Source: Camelus dromedarius (lineage: Eukaryota). Taken from it: DNA of 64,000 nt. The notes below the pieces were generated by a model that saw nothing but the letters and a program-made list of their open reading frames with translations, made no database searches and was not told where the DNA came from. The stretch lies in contig NC_087437.1 in assembly GCF_036321535.1 (NCBI RefSeq), positions 53,012,001-53,076,000 of the forward strand. The letters are read 5' to 3'. Below are positions 39,866 to 54,199 of the stretch, one piece after another. Numbering within the stretch: position 1 is the first letter of the stretch; every line of letters begins with the position of its first letter. A program made the position numbers and the translations under genes.

Positions 39866-40349
39866 GGGGAGGCGGAGGCACCTTCCTCTCAGCCCGGCCG
39901 GGAGCGGCCGCCCCCTCCCCTTTGAGCCGGAGGGAAGCTGAGGTCCCTGCCCCCTTCCTGCCCCTTTCCTGAAGAATCACGGGTTGGGGTGGGGCAGCTG
40001 TACGTTTTGAGGAAGCGCTGCGCCCCAGGAAGGGGGTCTATTTATCGAAGAGCAGACTCCCCCACTCCCCAAGGCGGGCACATCACGCCAGCCCTTCTGG
40101 TCCCCTAATCCCATATCCTCCCTCTGCACAACATCCTCTGGGAGGGGACCGGCGGCCAGAATGTGGCAGGTTTCTGACATTGTTTTCTTCTTGGAAATGG
40201 AAACCCTCCTTCCGGCAACGTGGCAGTAAAGCAGTGGGCAGCCGGGCCAAGAACGCTTGGGTGAGAGCAGGTGGAGGCCCCCGACCTGCGGGCCGCGTGG
40301 GCGGGGCAGGGGGGCAGGGCAGCCGGGGTACAGCCGCAGGGCCCTCTTA

Positions 40350-40499
<150 letters not shown>

Positions 40500-43078
40500 T
40501 CACTGAAATACCCCAAATCTCACAGGGGAAAACCGGGAGGCCCCCCGCAGAGGCTGGACACCAGGCCCAGCTTTAGGGGCGACTGCCATCAATGCTCCTA
40601 GAGCCTTTACCACTTGACTCCTCGCAATATTTGCTCTCTACTCGCCTTAGTCTGGGGTAAGTGAAGGGGTCCCTGCTGCCCTTTGGGGAGAGGGAGCCTG
40701 TCTGGGTCTGAGGGCAGTGAGAACGCTGAAGCCCCTGTGGGGCCGAGTGTGAGTCTTTGGAAATGCCTGGCCCTATTCACTCTTAAAAGAAATACTTTGT
40801 ATTCTGGAATATTTTAAGACTCATAAGAAGTTGCAAAAATAGTACAGAGAGTTCCTCTGTCCCTTTCACCCAGTGATAACATCTTACATAACTAGAGTAC
40901 ACTGTCAAAACCAGAAAACCCATGTTGGTAGATGCTTTTACATATTAACTCTTAATCATCCATATCAGTAGGTCTAATTGGTAGCACTGGATGGCATGCT
41001 TAGCCAGATAATTTAAAATGTGTATTTAAACTTCCAGCTTCTGCCTCTTGATCATTCTATGAAAACGACTCCCCAAGGTCATTGAGAGTCTCATTACCAC
41101 ATTGTGTGGACACTTTGCTGTCCTCCTGTTAGCACGTTCCTTTGCTACACTTTGGCCACCGGCTCTTGGAACTCAAAGTGAGGATGGCTCTCATGACCCC
41201 GTGCTTCCGGGCGCTCCATCCTCGGACCACACCTTCTTACTTCTGAGTGCATCCCGCAGCCTACACTGCATGCCATGGGCCATCTCAAGTTCTCAGAGTT
41301 GACTAGCATCTAGATGCCCACATCTCCACAGTGTATATATCTCTAGAACCAACCCTGAATTTCAGACCTAAAACTGAACACATCTTTCCTCCTCCAGCTT
41401 GGTCTTCTGCCCTTGTTAATGGTCTCCTTTTCTAGCAGAAGAATGTGTAACAACCCTTCACTGCTCAGGCCTCCTGCCAGCCGGTCGGGTGCAGGTGGTG
41501 GATTTTAGAAATAAACAGGCTAATTGAGCTGGGGTAGGGGGAGGAGCAACAGAAACAAGGGAGCTGATTCAGATTTGTGCAGGGAAAAAAAGATACAGAA
41601 ACTCATTTACTGGAATGTGTAGCTAAAAGAAAACTCTAATTCCATACGGTGAATTTTGAGCTAGTGCATATTAATAATTTCTTTTCTTGAAATGGAAATT
41701 CTGCAAAAGAAAATTTCTGAATTTTGTTTTTAACATCAGGAGGTGTAGTTCAGTGAAGAAGCTTTGCTTTTTTTTGAGCATGTGCTGGGTGTGGTGAGTA
41801 AAATGCTAGTTAATGGTGGGGACAGAAAATCCAGAAGCAAGTTAGGGGGCAACGAGGAGCTTTTGTAATATTTGCACTTGGCAGAGGAGTAAACCCAGCT
41901 AGCAGCCCCCTACTGAAAGACAGGGCAAGTCAAGGATATGGGCTTATTTTGGCAAACATCTTTGCTGAAATAATGTCTTGGGAATTTAACATTTAAGCTC
42001 TAGTTATTGAGTTGTTAGTTTTTTGTTTAAGACATATCTTGGGTTGAAGTTTAGGCAGCCATGTGGACAGCGGTGGGAGATGTGCAAAGCCCCGGGGGGC
42101 CTGTGTCCCCTGGGTCTGCCCAGCCTGCCCAGCTTCTCCAGGAAGGAGCCTTCATGCTCCCAGAGTCTGCCCACCTCCCTCTTTCTGAGCAAGTTTCATG
42201 AACACTCTGAGTAAGATTCATGTGACATCTATCAAATGCTTCTTGCTCTAGAATTCAAGAAAACATTCCATCTACTTGTGTTCTTTTGAAGCACTAATTT
42301 TCTTCTGTCAGAAAAAAAAAAAAAAGAAGAAGAAAGAAAAGAAAAAAGCAACCACATGCTGCCTGGCACAGTTTGTGCTTCACTGTCCCCCACCCCCAGT
42401 GCTGCTGTGACTGGCTCCTAGTTCTTTAGTTCCCTGGGATATGCACACAGGCCCCTTCCCTCTGTGTAGTTCCAATTATCCTTGTTTTTTTTCTTCCTAA
42501 CTGGGTTTTGCAAAGCTTCTTTTCACAAAGACCAGCCTTTACAATATTATTAGTTAAGCATGTGGTTCCTAATTTGACAATGTCATCCCGTGGTAAATAC
42601 ACAAAGTGGTAGGGTCCTTTGCCATTCAGTTCTGAAAAGGCAACGATGATACAGACTCTGATGGTATTTCCCTGCCTGGGGATTGAAAAGAGAGTCAAGA
42701 TTCACCTTCACCCTCTGTTGGGCTTCTCTCTGTCAGGCACTGAGCTGTACTTACACTCAGTAGGGATTTCATTTAGAAATCAGTGCTGCTATAATGGTTC
42801 CCACCCTTTCTTGTAATAATTACAACAAAATGAGACTTCTGTTCAGAAGGTGGGGGGTGGGGGGAACTGCAAACCCCGGAGGTGATGATGGTCTTTCTGA
42901 CGGCCTCACTCCCCCAGCTCCTTTCTATGAGGCATGGGGTAAGAAGAAGATGAAAGCAGTACGGACACACGTCTGCTCTCTCCTGAACCAAAACTCCAAG
43001 TATAGAGTTGGACAAAAGATTTTTGTGCCCTTTCCAAATAGAAGTCATTTGGACTCTGAGGTATTTAGATGTCTAGCC

Positions 43079-43292
43079 CAGTACTATCCAATAGAAATAA
43101 ATTAAAAAAAATTTTAGTAGCCACATCTAAAAAGTGAAAAGAAACAGATGGAATTAATTTTAATAATATATTTCAATATATTGTGAAATTTGGTGCGTAT
43201 TTTACACTTACAGCGTCTCTTGGCTTAGACCAGCCCCGTGTCCAGCGCACAGTAGCCACAAGCGGCTCATGGCTGCCACACTGGACAGTCTA
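43079..43292. mobile_element. hAT-Charlie relic (MER33/MER3-like)
   Basis: tccaatagaaata...tagtagccacat...gtattttacacttacagc...agtagccaca...tggctgccacactggacag. Confidence 0.65.
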
Positions 43293-45284
43293 GTCCAATA
43301 GTCTAGTCACTTTGGCAACTTACAGAGACTTAAAAAAACCAGAAAGGAGACAATAAGACATTATTTGGAATGTGGATTATTCTGAAAAATTACGGCAGAT
43401 TGGGGAATGAAGAAGAGTGTAGACCTCTTGTCCCAGACCCCTCTCAGGGAATCCCATGGTTCTAGAACCCTCCTGGCTCTCATAGGTGACAGATAAGAAC
43501 CTGAGACTGAGGGAATTTAAAAGGTTGCAATTTAAAATGATGACTTTCTGACAAATTACCTAACGGGTTTACCAGTGAAGTCTAACAAGTACAGCCTGTC
43601 AGGTGGAAAATGTTGTGTGGGTCAGTGTGATGACTGTGGCCTCTCCTTGGCCCCTGGGTTCCCTCAGCATCAGAAATAGATTTCATTGACTCAAGGGATT
43701 AGCTGTTCACTCGTCCTGTTAAGGCTCAGTGAAAGCAGAGCCTGTGGGGCGCTCAGAATTACACACACCCCAGGAATTACTGTGCAGTCCCCAGCTTCCT
43801 GTCACTGATACCTGGCCATCCTGACATTTCTGCAAATCCAAAAATAAAGAGCAGGGATGGGGAGGCCAGAGAAGTCAGGAAGTAGCATCCTGAATGACTG
43901 TGTTTAAAATCTCCTGCCAATGGATGTCATCAGTTAGAGGGACTGAGAAGGCCAGCCGTCTCAACTCTTCGCTGGTGGGGTGCTGGCATGTCTGGAGGTG
44001 ATGGGAATCTGCTGACAGTGAGGCCCTTGTCACTCCCTCCATAGGCCAGGAGAGTCTGCCTTGTTTATCCCTCCATCTGTTAAATGGGTTCAGTTGGCGC
44101 CCAGGGGAGCGAGTGAACTCACCAGGGAGAATTCTTTACCACCTAGGGGCACCACAGCAGCGGTCATTGTCACCACCTTTATAAATGCAGGCAGCAGACA
44201 TCTGATACCAATAAGATATTCTAGGTCCTTCAAAAGAGGCAAAGACTTTGCAGGGCTCTCTTTGCCAAAGGAGTCCGGCTCTAATCATCTTAAGGAAGTA
44301 AAACTGTGGGTTGGTTTACATATTACTTCTCCTCTTACAAAGTTTGGGAAGTCAAATAGGGAGCAAGAGCTTCTGCAAATGTCAGCCCCAGATTCTCTGA
44401 GGGTTACAGGTTGGCTACTTGTTTTCTCAAGAATTTCCCTTTCCAACTTTTAAAGAGTGAGCACACAATCCCTGCAAACATTTTGTTGGGAGACGGCTAA
44501 GGGTACAGCAGTGAGATCAAAGCAGACCTGGTTCTTCACTGCTTGGCAATAAAATATTAAACATGCACAAGCTACAGGTGTATGAAAAAAATTGTGAGGA
44601 AGATATTGTGCAGTTCTTCATAATCTGAATGATGAATGGATTGGATGATTATAGGTCAGCCCAGGGCAAATAAACACCTTGACCACCGAGGGAAATGGAG
44701 AATCTCTTCACATGCATTTCCCTGGGGGACAATTAGTTGGTATTCTTTCCTCCTTTTGTGCCTTCCCTCCCTCCCTCCTTCCTTCTTCCACCCCTCACTC
44801 CCTTCTCCCAAACACTTCCTTCTTATTTATAACCGGGAATTAAAACCAAGCTCAGTCTTGCTTCTTGGGATTAGGGCTTGGTTATCTAGTTGAGGGGAGG
44901 TCATCTATTCGTTTTTAGCCATTTCATCCATTTGGTCAGCAGATACTAAGTGAGTATCATTTTTTTGCATACGGCGCTGTGTAGAGATGGACAGGGAGGC
45001 TTTAGGAATCCTGTCGGTTCTGGCAGCTAGAGCTGGGCGTGTTAAGAAAGAGAAGACTTGGGGCTGAGGACTCTGAAGGCAGCTGTGGATGTAACCTGCC
45101 ATCTGTAAGCTCCCAGGCAGGTCACCCTGTCCTGCAGCTCAGCTCTCATTTCTGGCTCATTGCTGACAGGTGCTGGTTCCCCCTCCTTCAGATCTGGCTT
45201 CTGCTCCTGTGAAGAACCACTTCTTTGACCATCCTTCTTTGCTCTAATGGCTTGTCTTCACCCACCGAGGACTTGATCGGGACC

Positions 45285-45660
45285 ATCTACATCAGAATTA
45301 CCTCAGAGGCCTGTTAAAAATGCAAATTCCCAGGGACAGACTGGGAGTTCAAAATTTGTGGATACTGACAGGCATATGTAGAATAGATAAACAAGATTAT
45401 ACTGTATAGCACAGGGAAATATATACAAGATCTTGTGGTAGCTCACAGTGAAAACAAATGTGACAATGAATATATGTATGTTCATGTACAACTGAAAAAT
45501 TGTGCTCTACACTGGAATTTGACACAACATTGTAAAATGACTATAACTCAATAAAAAAATGTTTAAAAAAATGCAAATTCCCAGACCCTTCCCAGACCAA
45601 CTGAATCAGAGTATGAATCAGGATCTGTCGTGGGGGTGGAATCTGTATTTCTGACCAAGG
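45285..45660. mobile_element. MER5A-like element split by an L1 fragment
   Basis: catcagaattacct...tgttaaaaatgcaaattccc | agacccttcccagaccaactgaatcagag...aatctgtattt rejoin across the insertion. Confidence 0.7.
45334..45566 (+). mobile_element. L1 3'UTR fragment inserted into a MER5A-like element
   Basis: Similar to the other L1 tails; TSD AAAAATGCAAATTCCCAG at 45316-45333 and 45567-45584; TT/AAAA site. Confidence 0.93.
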
Positions 45661-47075
45661 GTATGGGTGAGGTATAAGCGAGCCATCACACCCTACATTT
45701 TGAGGTCCCCCCACCCCCCGTGCTGCTGCATGAAGCTGCAGGGGCTGGGCAGAGGCTGCATGGCTCACGGTCCACAGCCAGGTGGGCTCTGGAGCTCGAC
45801 ACTAGTGATTCCCTTCTCTCCCACTCATCAGCTTGGACTTGACTCTATCTTTTTAAGCTACTGTTCCTTCTTACAAAATGTAAAGGAGCAATGGCTAAAC
45901 CTACTAATAAGGACACTCTGCCTGGTGTGCATTAGGTACTCGATACATGTAAGCAAGTATACTCTGGTTACTATAGAAAAAAAGAACATAGTTTTTGTCA
46001 AACTGTAATGCTGGGAAGCCCGTGCTCCAGAAGCCCGGCACCAGACCTGCCAGTCAGGTCTGATTTGCAGGAGCTGATGACTGTGTGTTCCTATCGTGCG
46101 AAGGGGAGCCTGAGCAGGTGGTCCAAAAGAAGAGGGGCTTTTGAGTCAAGAAAAGGAGGAGGGGTCTGCCTAGGTCACAGGGGGATGAGCTTGAAGACGC
46201 CTCCCCCAACTGAGGGCAGGGGAGCTGGGGAGATAAGACAAATCGGGACACAGAGACCCCTGAGTATGTTTCTAGTCTGATGCCTCCATCCTCTCTGAAC
46301 CTGATCATGGGTCTCTCTCTCTCTCTCCTGTTTTAGTAATAGAAAGAGTGCTGGCTTCGGAGTCAGAAAACGAAGGCAAATCCCTTTGTCTGATCCTCAC
46401 TTATAAAATGGAGGTAATACTGCCCTCCAGTGTAATCATAAAAATTAAGAAAATTCGGTAAATATGGTAAATTTTAAATCCTGTAAATATAAAGTGTTAA
46501 TATTATTACTCTTTTCTCTTTCATGGTTCTCCTTTTAGTCTTATAAAAAAACAAAACCCTTCCCTTAAACCTGCAGTTTCCTCAAGCTACCTATCATATC
46601 TCCTTTTCTTTTTTTTTTTTTAAACCACCAAAATTTGCAAAAGAGGCACAGATGACAGTGATTGAGATGATCACAGAGTCTCAGTCTGGAAGGACTCGTA
46701 TGCATATGAAACTGGGCAGCATAATTCCCAAGACAGGGAAGCAGAGAGTAAGGAGCCTGGCTTCAGAGTGAGGCAGAGCATGGGTGCGAGTTCTACCCTT
46801 TCCTTGTCAAGTGTCCTGAGGCCTCATCCCTAACAGGTGGATGGTGGGGATATGATAGAGGCAGAAATCTCCCTTATAGTCAAGGATGGGGCTTGGCGCA
46901 ATGAGGATGTCCATGCCCAGGCCAGATGCCAGGACGCGTGGACCCAAGTCAAGGCTGGGGGCAGCTGGGACAGGTAAAGAGCAGGGACCCAGAGGGGACA
47001 GTGGAAGACTAGAACCCTTTCTGCCTGCCCAGGCACTTCTCTTCTAGGAAGAAAAGTGATCCTTGGCCAACTTAC

Positions 47076-47236
47076 CACACCGATGGAGAAGTAGTTGTTC
47101 ATGATGCTATACGGGACCTGGTCCCCATTCTCCACTTCCTCTCTGGGGATGACTTCCAGGTGCCAGCGGTCCAGCATCACCAAGGGGCTCTGCTCGATGT
47201 CCTTCAGGATTTTGGTCAGGCTGCCCCCTTCGTAAC
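47076..47236 (-). CDS. DGKG: DGKG exon (~ex19), 161 nt, phase 1-0: (G)[53 protein letters not shown]
   Basis: cacag|GT acceptor, GTG|gtaagt donor; LDRW and NNYFSIG motifs. Confidence 0.97.
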
Positions 47237-47584
47237 CTGTGGAGCACAGCATCGCATTCGCCCTCAGTGCTGCTGTTGCTGCTGCAAGGCAGCGGTCAGG
47301 GTGGGGAACCCCGAGGGTGCTGGGGTCTCCCCAGTGTGTCTGTGGGCCAGAGCCAGGGAGGTTTTCTGAGCCCTGGAGAAGGAGACGGCAATATGGAGTG
47401 ATTAGAAGGAAGCTGGGGCACTCTGGAACCAGAGTAGCAGGGGTAGGGTGGGGTGCTGGCCAGAGATGGGCAGGACTGTGTGGCTGAAGCAAGCCCTGGG
47501 GCATTGGTGGGCTGGACAGTCAGGAAGCTGCACGTGGGAGAACAGAGGATCTGCGCCAGGACTGTGTCGTGACAGAGACGGACA

Positions 47585-48176
47585 GCGTGGGAGGCGGAAG
47601 TTTAAGATGGTCCCCATGTTTCTTGCCCTCCTGGTGTATATACCCAGCAAAAGCCCCAGGACCTGGGGTAAGATGGGATGGTCACTGTCAGGATTAGCTA
47701 TATGCAGAGCTGACTTCAAGACAGTGAGATTATCCTGAGTGGTTCTGACCTAATCAGGTGAGTCCTTAGAAAGACTGGACTTTTCCTTAAGAAATAGATT
47801 TGAGAAGGATTTGAAGTAAGGGAGCTTCTCTGTTGCCACCTTTGAAGATAGAGGGCTCCGTTGGGTGAGGAATGTAGGAGGCCTCTAGGATCTGGGTGTG
47901 GTCCCGGCTGACCACCAGCAAGGGGACAGGGACCTCACCTCTACAACCACAAAGAACTGAATTCCACCAACAACCGAATTAGATGAGAAGCAAATTCTCC
48001 CACAGAGTCTTCAGACAGGAGCTCAACCTGTTCAATGCCCGGATTCTACCCTGTGAAGCCCTGAGCAGAAGACCCTTCTGAGCTACAGGACTGTGAGCTG
48101 ATAAATGGATATTTTATGCCTTTTAGCTTATAATCATTTGTCAGTATTATATAATAGCAATAGAAAACCAATGTAG
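47585..48176 (+). mobile_element. ERVL-MaLR solo LTR (MLT1E-like)
   Basis: aagatggtcccc start, gagattatcctg...tgacctaatcaggtgag, ctacaaccacaaagaactgaattc, gcaatagaaaac end. Confidence 0.75.
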
Positions 48177-49274
48177 CAAGTGAACTGTTAAGTGATGAGA
48201 AGTTAACGAGAGAAAGAATCTCTTCTTTCAAAAAACACATCCATGTTCCTGCTTATGTTTGGGGCAATCTTGAAGAGTATTTTCAAATTGTCAGGGCTCT
48301 GGTCAGCTCCTTCAGGGATGCCTCACAAGATAGCAATATTAGCAACTAGGTAGCTGAGGGACTCGCTGCTATCAGGGAACACAGGGTTGTGTGAAATTTG
48401 TGCCTTGCTATGTGGCCTGGATGCCCAGAGCATGGGGCCACACCCTGCCTGTCCCTCTTGAACAGAGGGTTCTTCCCTAGCCTGGCATGAGGCCGGGGAC
48501 CCTGGCAGCTCTTCCCATGCCTGCCGACTTCCTTCCAGGGCTGGCTCCTGCCTGCCCTGCCCCTGTCCTCCGAGCATCGCACTGACCACGGCTGGCCTGG
48601 TCTTGAGTCATTCTGGGAATTGATCAGCCATCTGGAGTCTCACTCCACTTCTGCCTGCCAGACTGATCTGTCCTCTCTGCCGGCTGACCTGAACTCCTCC
48701 ACTCTCTAGAACATGCCCAGCTCCAGGAGGCTGTGGTAGTTTGCAGAGTTCTCTTTAGCTCCTGCCCATTGCCCCGTAAGCTGGTTACCACTCTGAGTTC
48801 CCTCTTTGGGGAATTTCAAGATGAAGGCCCCCGGCCACAGGGGCTGAGGATGATCTGGATGTCCCTGGTAGCTGGTGATGTGGCTTTTCTGTCGGCATTC
48901 TGAGTCCTACTTCAGAAAAAGATCAGTAATTTGGAGAGGGGGAATTACATGCAGAAAACCCTTGTCTAAGTGAGCCCCCTACTGGGATGAACACTGGGGA
49001 GGAGACAAAGGAGATTCTACCCTAAAGTTGACTTGTTCTACTGGGGGAGGCAGGCTCTGAGCTGAGAGTTTGGGGATGATAGTAAGTCTAGTGAGGGGTA
49101 AACACAGGCCTTGGCCTGGAAACAAGGGCAGGGAAAAGGCATGGAGCAGACAGGACCCCAGAGTTGAGTATTACTCGGTGAAACGTCATCCTTAAAGGGA
49201 AGTTCATCCTAGCTCTGCAGAGCCCCAGTAGATTGGAGCGCTTGTCCTCAGACCCTCCTCCCACGCAGACTCAC

Positions 49275-49364
49275 CTCCTCCCCAGCGGAGACAGCGGGCC
49301 AGGTCATTTCCTGTTCCAAGAGGCAGGACGGCCACGGGTGGATGCTTTGCGAACCTGGCCTTAT
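49275..49364 (-). CDS. DGKG: DGKG exon (~ex18), 90 nt, phase 1-1: (D)[29 protein letters not shown](G)
   Basis: cgcag|AT acceptor, G|gtgagt donor; PLGTGNDL motif. Confidence 0.97.
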
Positions 49365-52329
49365 CTGCGACCCATGAAGAGGAAGAGAGAGCCATATGCC
49401 ATGGGATTACAGAATGTCCAAGTTGTCTAGTTACCTCTGATCTAATGCTTGAAGCCCTCCATAGCTTTCTTTGTTTGAATATCTCTCCCGATGGGGAACT
49501 CACTACTTCCTAAAGCCATCTCTTCCTTCTGCAATGTGTTAACCGCTGCAAAGGATTTTTTCACATTGAGCTAAGTCTGTCTCCCTGCAACTTGCACCTG
49601 TTCATCCTCATTTCATCCTAATTCTTTCCTTAAGGGTGACAGCAGACACCGCAAAAACATTAGTTTGCACAGTTTTAATCCTTAACGATAACCAGCATTT
49701 ACCCCATTTATTCCTCAGACAGACCCTGCAAGGTATTATCATTCTCATGGATGAAGAAACGGAGGTTCACAGAGGGAAAGTAATTTCAGAGCCAGGATCC
49801 AAACCCAGATCTCTGAGGCTCCAAGTCTGTATTCTTCCTTTTTTCCAGAGACTAGGCAGGTGCATAAATAGTGAAACAGGTGGGTCTGAGACATCAGAAG
49901 ATTGGTGGGGCACTTGGAAGACTGAAGATGCCTCACTTCTAGTCACTCAGGGTCAAAAACTTAAAAATAACAACGTGTCTAACAAGCAAAGCCGCAGGTG
50001 TTACTTGGCCCCCAGGTACCAGTTTGCCACTTTCACCGCCCCCAGACTTGCAAATACACAGATTCTTAATCCTGTCTCATGACGGCCGTGAAGGAGCATC
50101 AGACCAAACCATTAGAGAAACATGTATGTTTTAATCTGGCTGCAGATCTACAGCAGCACAGTGGCTGAGCTGGGGAAGCTGAAGGAGGCCAGACACCTGC
50201 AGGGCTCCAGGGGACACCACCTACATAAATCTCAGTGCACCTGGTGCCAGGATGTGAGTGATGTGATTGGGGAGCAGGGGTAGGGGTTGAGTGGGGGACA
50301 GGGGCAATGCAAGAATTAGCCTCCTGCATGAGGCTCATGCTAGGGCAGCCCCATCAAAACGAGAGTTCATAGGTCCCCCAGGTTGTCAGACTCATGCTAG
50401 AAATGGCTGAGCTCAGGAGAGACGGAGGGCTGAGATCATCACTGGGAGGGCTGAGATGGAGCACGGAGTAAAGCAATGGACTCTCTCACTGTTCCCAGAA
50501 CATGCAGTCCGCGTTTGTGCCTCCCTGCCTCTGCACGGGCTCTTCCCTTTGCCTGGAAGGCCCTTGTTTGCTTAGGTCTGCTCCTCCTTCTGAGCTCCCC
50601 ATCCCAGCAAGTCAACCATCCTCACAGTGTTGAGGCTAGAGACCTGGATGTCACCCTGGGTTTTTCCTCTCCTTCACCCCACATCCATTCACATATCAAT
50701 TTCTGTAAGTTGTTTCCTAAATAGATCTCCAAGCCATCTCTTCTCTCCATCTATGGTGATCCTGGATTCTGGTATATGATTCCTCCCCCGGTACTGCTGT
50801 AACTGCCTCCTCTCTGCCCTCTTGGTCTCCAGGTCCATGCCTTAGTGTGTTTCCCACACCTCCACCAAGGCAGGCATCCTTGAATCACAAGCCTGATCAC
50901 ACTAGTCCACTGTGTTCCCTTCTGCCATGGCTCCCATCACCCCTTAGCATGGCAGTGAGGCTCTTCCTGGCTCTGCCTTTCTCTCTAGCCTTATCCTTCT
51001 CACATCCTGCCTCCCACTCAACATGTCAACCACGCTGAAGTGCTTTCGGTGCTTTAAATCACAAGCTCTCTGTTGCTCAGAGCAGAGGCCCTCCCTGGTT
51101 GCCCTAGTCTGGACCTGGTGCTTCTCCAGAGTGTTTCCTTAGCACCAAGGATGATCTCATGATCTCAACACACTCTCTTGCAATTGACTATTTGTTCCCC
51201 AAATGTACCGGAACCTCCCTGGGGGAACTCATTCACTGTGGTATCTCTACACGTATTTATTGAAGGCCTAAGTGCTGTGTTAGATGCTCTGCCTCTGAGA
51301 GCAGGTAAAAAGCTATGGCTCAGGCTCTCATGGGAGCTAACACTTGAGAGAGAGAGACTGATATTAACAAGGTCTTCATTTAAATGATGCATAATTTCAA
51401 ATTCATGCTGGAAATGAGTGTGGTCCTGTAATGAGGTGTCAGGGAGGGCTCCCCCTGAGGAAGCCTCACTTTGGCTGAGATCTGAAGCAGAAGCTGACCA
51501 AGCAAAGGCCAGCAGAGCAGACTAGACAAGAGGAGCAACTTGTGCAAAGGTCCTGTGGTGGAAGGGAGACTGGTGCCTTCGAGGGTCTGAGAGAGGGACT
51601 GGGTGTCTGGGTTTAGAGAGAGAGAAATGGGAGTACGAAATGAGGCTGGAAGTGGGGGCAGCTGCTAGATCACTCCAGGCCCTGTAGCGCATCTGAAGGG
51701 TTTTCTTTTTATCTAAGACTCCTGGGAAGCCACTGATGTGCCTTACATATCATGGCCCCACTGGCACTCAGGAATGACCACTCTGGCTGTTGCAGAACAG
51801 ATCAAAGGGGACCAAGAGGGGTGCTGGAGAGCACGGAACAAGGGCCTTAATCTCTCTTGAAAGAATGAATGAATGAACATGGTGCAGTTACTCGTTTTAC
51901 CCCTCTAATTTTTTCTCCTTGGGTCACCAACCCATGAAAAAGCAGCTCCTTTCACATGATATTTCTGTTCCTGGTAGCTTCTATCACCTGTGTTCTCTGC
52001 AGGTAGATCTTATACAACTTGTCAGCACAGCCTACTTTCTCCTTTGGGATGGAGAGGGAGCTCCTGGTACTGCAGCCATCCAACCTCTGCTGATCAGCAA
52101 TTCCTTCCCTGGCTCCCAGAGGATGCCTCCCTCCTCCCACAAACAACTCCAGAGCCCGAGGTGACAGGAGAGCGTGGGTGGCTGCTTGGCAGGGCTGTGT
52201 CCATGGAAACCAAAGTGCCTGTGGGGGAGCAGATGTGGCAGGTGTGCATGGTGCTGGCCCCACCCCTCCAGGTGGTCTGCTTGCGATCTCTGGGGACCCA
52301 GCCTTCTCCGCCCGGATCAGGGTCTCTTC

Positions 52330-53085
52330 TGGCCCATCCTTGACTCCCCTCTTCCCCTCGTCTCCCACACCCAGTCTGTCAGCAAATCCTGCTGGCTCTG
52401 CCTTCAAAAGATATCCCGACCTGACTCCTTACCACCTCCTGTTTCTACCATGGTCCACACCCTGGTCCCCTCTCCCCTGGATTCCCGCAGGCACCTCCTA
52501 ACTAGTCTCCCTGCTTCTGCCCTTTTCTGTTTCTGGCATCTGTTGCCTCTCTGCTTTGCTCAACACCATCCAGCATCTTGGGACATTCCCAGCATGAGAG
52601 CCACATTCCGTATAATGTCCTACATGTCCTAGTGACTGGGCCCTGCATCATCTCTGCTTCATCCCTTCATCCTCTCCCCTCACACACTCCACCCCGCACT
52701 GCCTGGAAGCCTTCCTGCAGCCCTCGGCAGCCGGGCCTCCTCCTACCTCAGGGCCTTTGTATTTGCCATTCCTTCTGCCTGAACTGCTCTTCCCTCAGGT
52801 ACCCGCAAGGCTCACCCTCCTCCAGGTCTCCATGCAAAGGTCAGCTGCTCCTCAAGGCCTTCCGGACCTCCCACTCCCACCGCTGAGCGCCCCTTGCCCC
52901 TTTACTGCTATATTTTTAACACCTTCTGACATACTGTACGTTTCACTTATTTATTTGTGTACTGCCTGTCTCTTCCCTCTAGAAAGGAGGCTCCCTGAGG
53001 GAGATTTGTCCTTTTGTTCACTGATGCATTGCCAGAACTTGGCACCTGGAAGTGCACTGGCAGGATTTGTGGAGCAAAGGATGAA
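52330..53085 (+). mobile_element. L2 LINE relic (3' end)
   Basis: cagcaaatcctgctggctctgccttcaaaa, cctcctaactagtctccctgcttc, cctcagggcctttg, ctagaaaggaggctccctgagg; other L2 pieces near 25630, 38800, 50480, 51250, 58540, 61480. Confidence 0.7.
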
Positions 53086-53858
53086 AAAAACCGAGGCAGC
53101 CCAGGGCTCGTTGCTCTGGGGACTTTGGTGACGACCCTACCCAGCAGTCTCCTTGGCTGTTTTCCTGTGCTTATGTACCCACGTCCTGGTGTTTATGTGG
53201 GTTCTCCAGGGTTAGACCTTGAATATACCCCATGTCTCAGAATTTCAGAGTCACTCTCCTTTATTTACTGCGGGTGATGTGTCCAAGGATTCACAGATCT
53301 AGCCAGAGCTGGACTAGACCCCAGGCCTCCAGACTCCCAGCCTGGGCCTTCCCCATTGCCCTTTTTTTTTGATTTAGGTATGCTGGACACAGCCCACCAT
53401 AGCTTTTCTTTGCTTTCACTGATCTGTGCTTTCTACGTGCATTTTCTGGGCTCCGGCTCCAGGTGTTTATCTCAAGGTGACTTGCCCTGGGCTGTGCATC
53501 TACGCTTAGTTCTCTGGCCTTTATCCAGCACCCTTGACCTGCCTGGAGTCTCAGTCCTGATCTCTCTCCACCCAACTTCTCATCTGGCCTGTCCTGCGAC
53601 TGCCCAAACCCCAGCCATGGCAGATAACTGTGAGGCAAGGCTGAAACTAAATTGTTATATCTGTACCTGTGGGAACCCTTCCATTGTCTTCTTCCTTTCT
53701 TTTTTCCACCCAAAGTAGATACTTCGTCAAGCATTGATCCAAGAGTGGAAACAAAGATAAGCAAGACATGGCTCCATTTCTCTTTCTTCTTTAGTGCCTT
53801 CCTGACTTAATGTACTTACTATAAGTCAACTGCAAAGGCCCTCCCAGCCCATTCTTAC

Positions 53859-53944
53859 CAATGCAATCCAAAATCCAGCCAACTGTTCCGTCTCCTCCGC
53901 AGGCCAAAACACGGAAGTCTGGAGTATCACGGAAAAAGTTCAGT
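53859..53944 (-). CDS. DGKG: DGKG exon (~ex17), 86 nt, phase 2-1: (G)[28 protein letters not shown](D)
   Basis: cccag|A acceptor, G|gtaaga donor; GGDG ATP-binding motif. Confidence 0.97.
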
Positions 53945-54199
53945 CTGGGAAGTAAAGAGGCCAAAATGGTTTTGTTTACAGGCTGACCTTTGACATGCCT
54001 TGAGTCAGAATCCCCCCCTACCCCACTGCTCCCTTCCCTGGGAGTATGTTATTACCTTGATGCCTTTAGGAGTTGAAAGGGTCACTTAAGGTTCTAAAGC
54101 CAGAACTTACTAAGCAATGCCATTGACCATGAATCCCAGGGAGCCATCTCTATTCAAGCAGACTCTGACTCAACATTCAACACAGAAAACAGTTTTTGT

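Noticed and set aside
44138..44152. CTCF-like ccacctaggggcac
   Set aside because: Mismatches at the central AG positions of the core
46830..47504. 224-aa minus-strand ORF as a stand-alone gene
   Set aside because: Only 47076-47236 is DGK-like and bounded by splice sites; the flanks are open intron. The same holds for ORFs 8395-8901, 49204-49503, 57770-58006, 61897-62220 and 63239-63796
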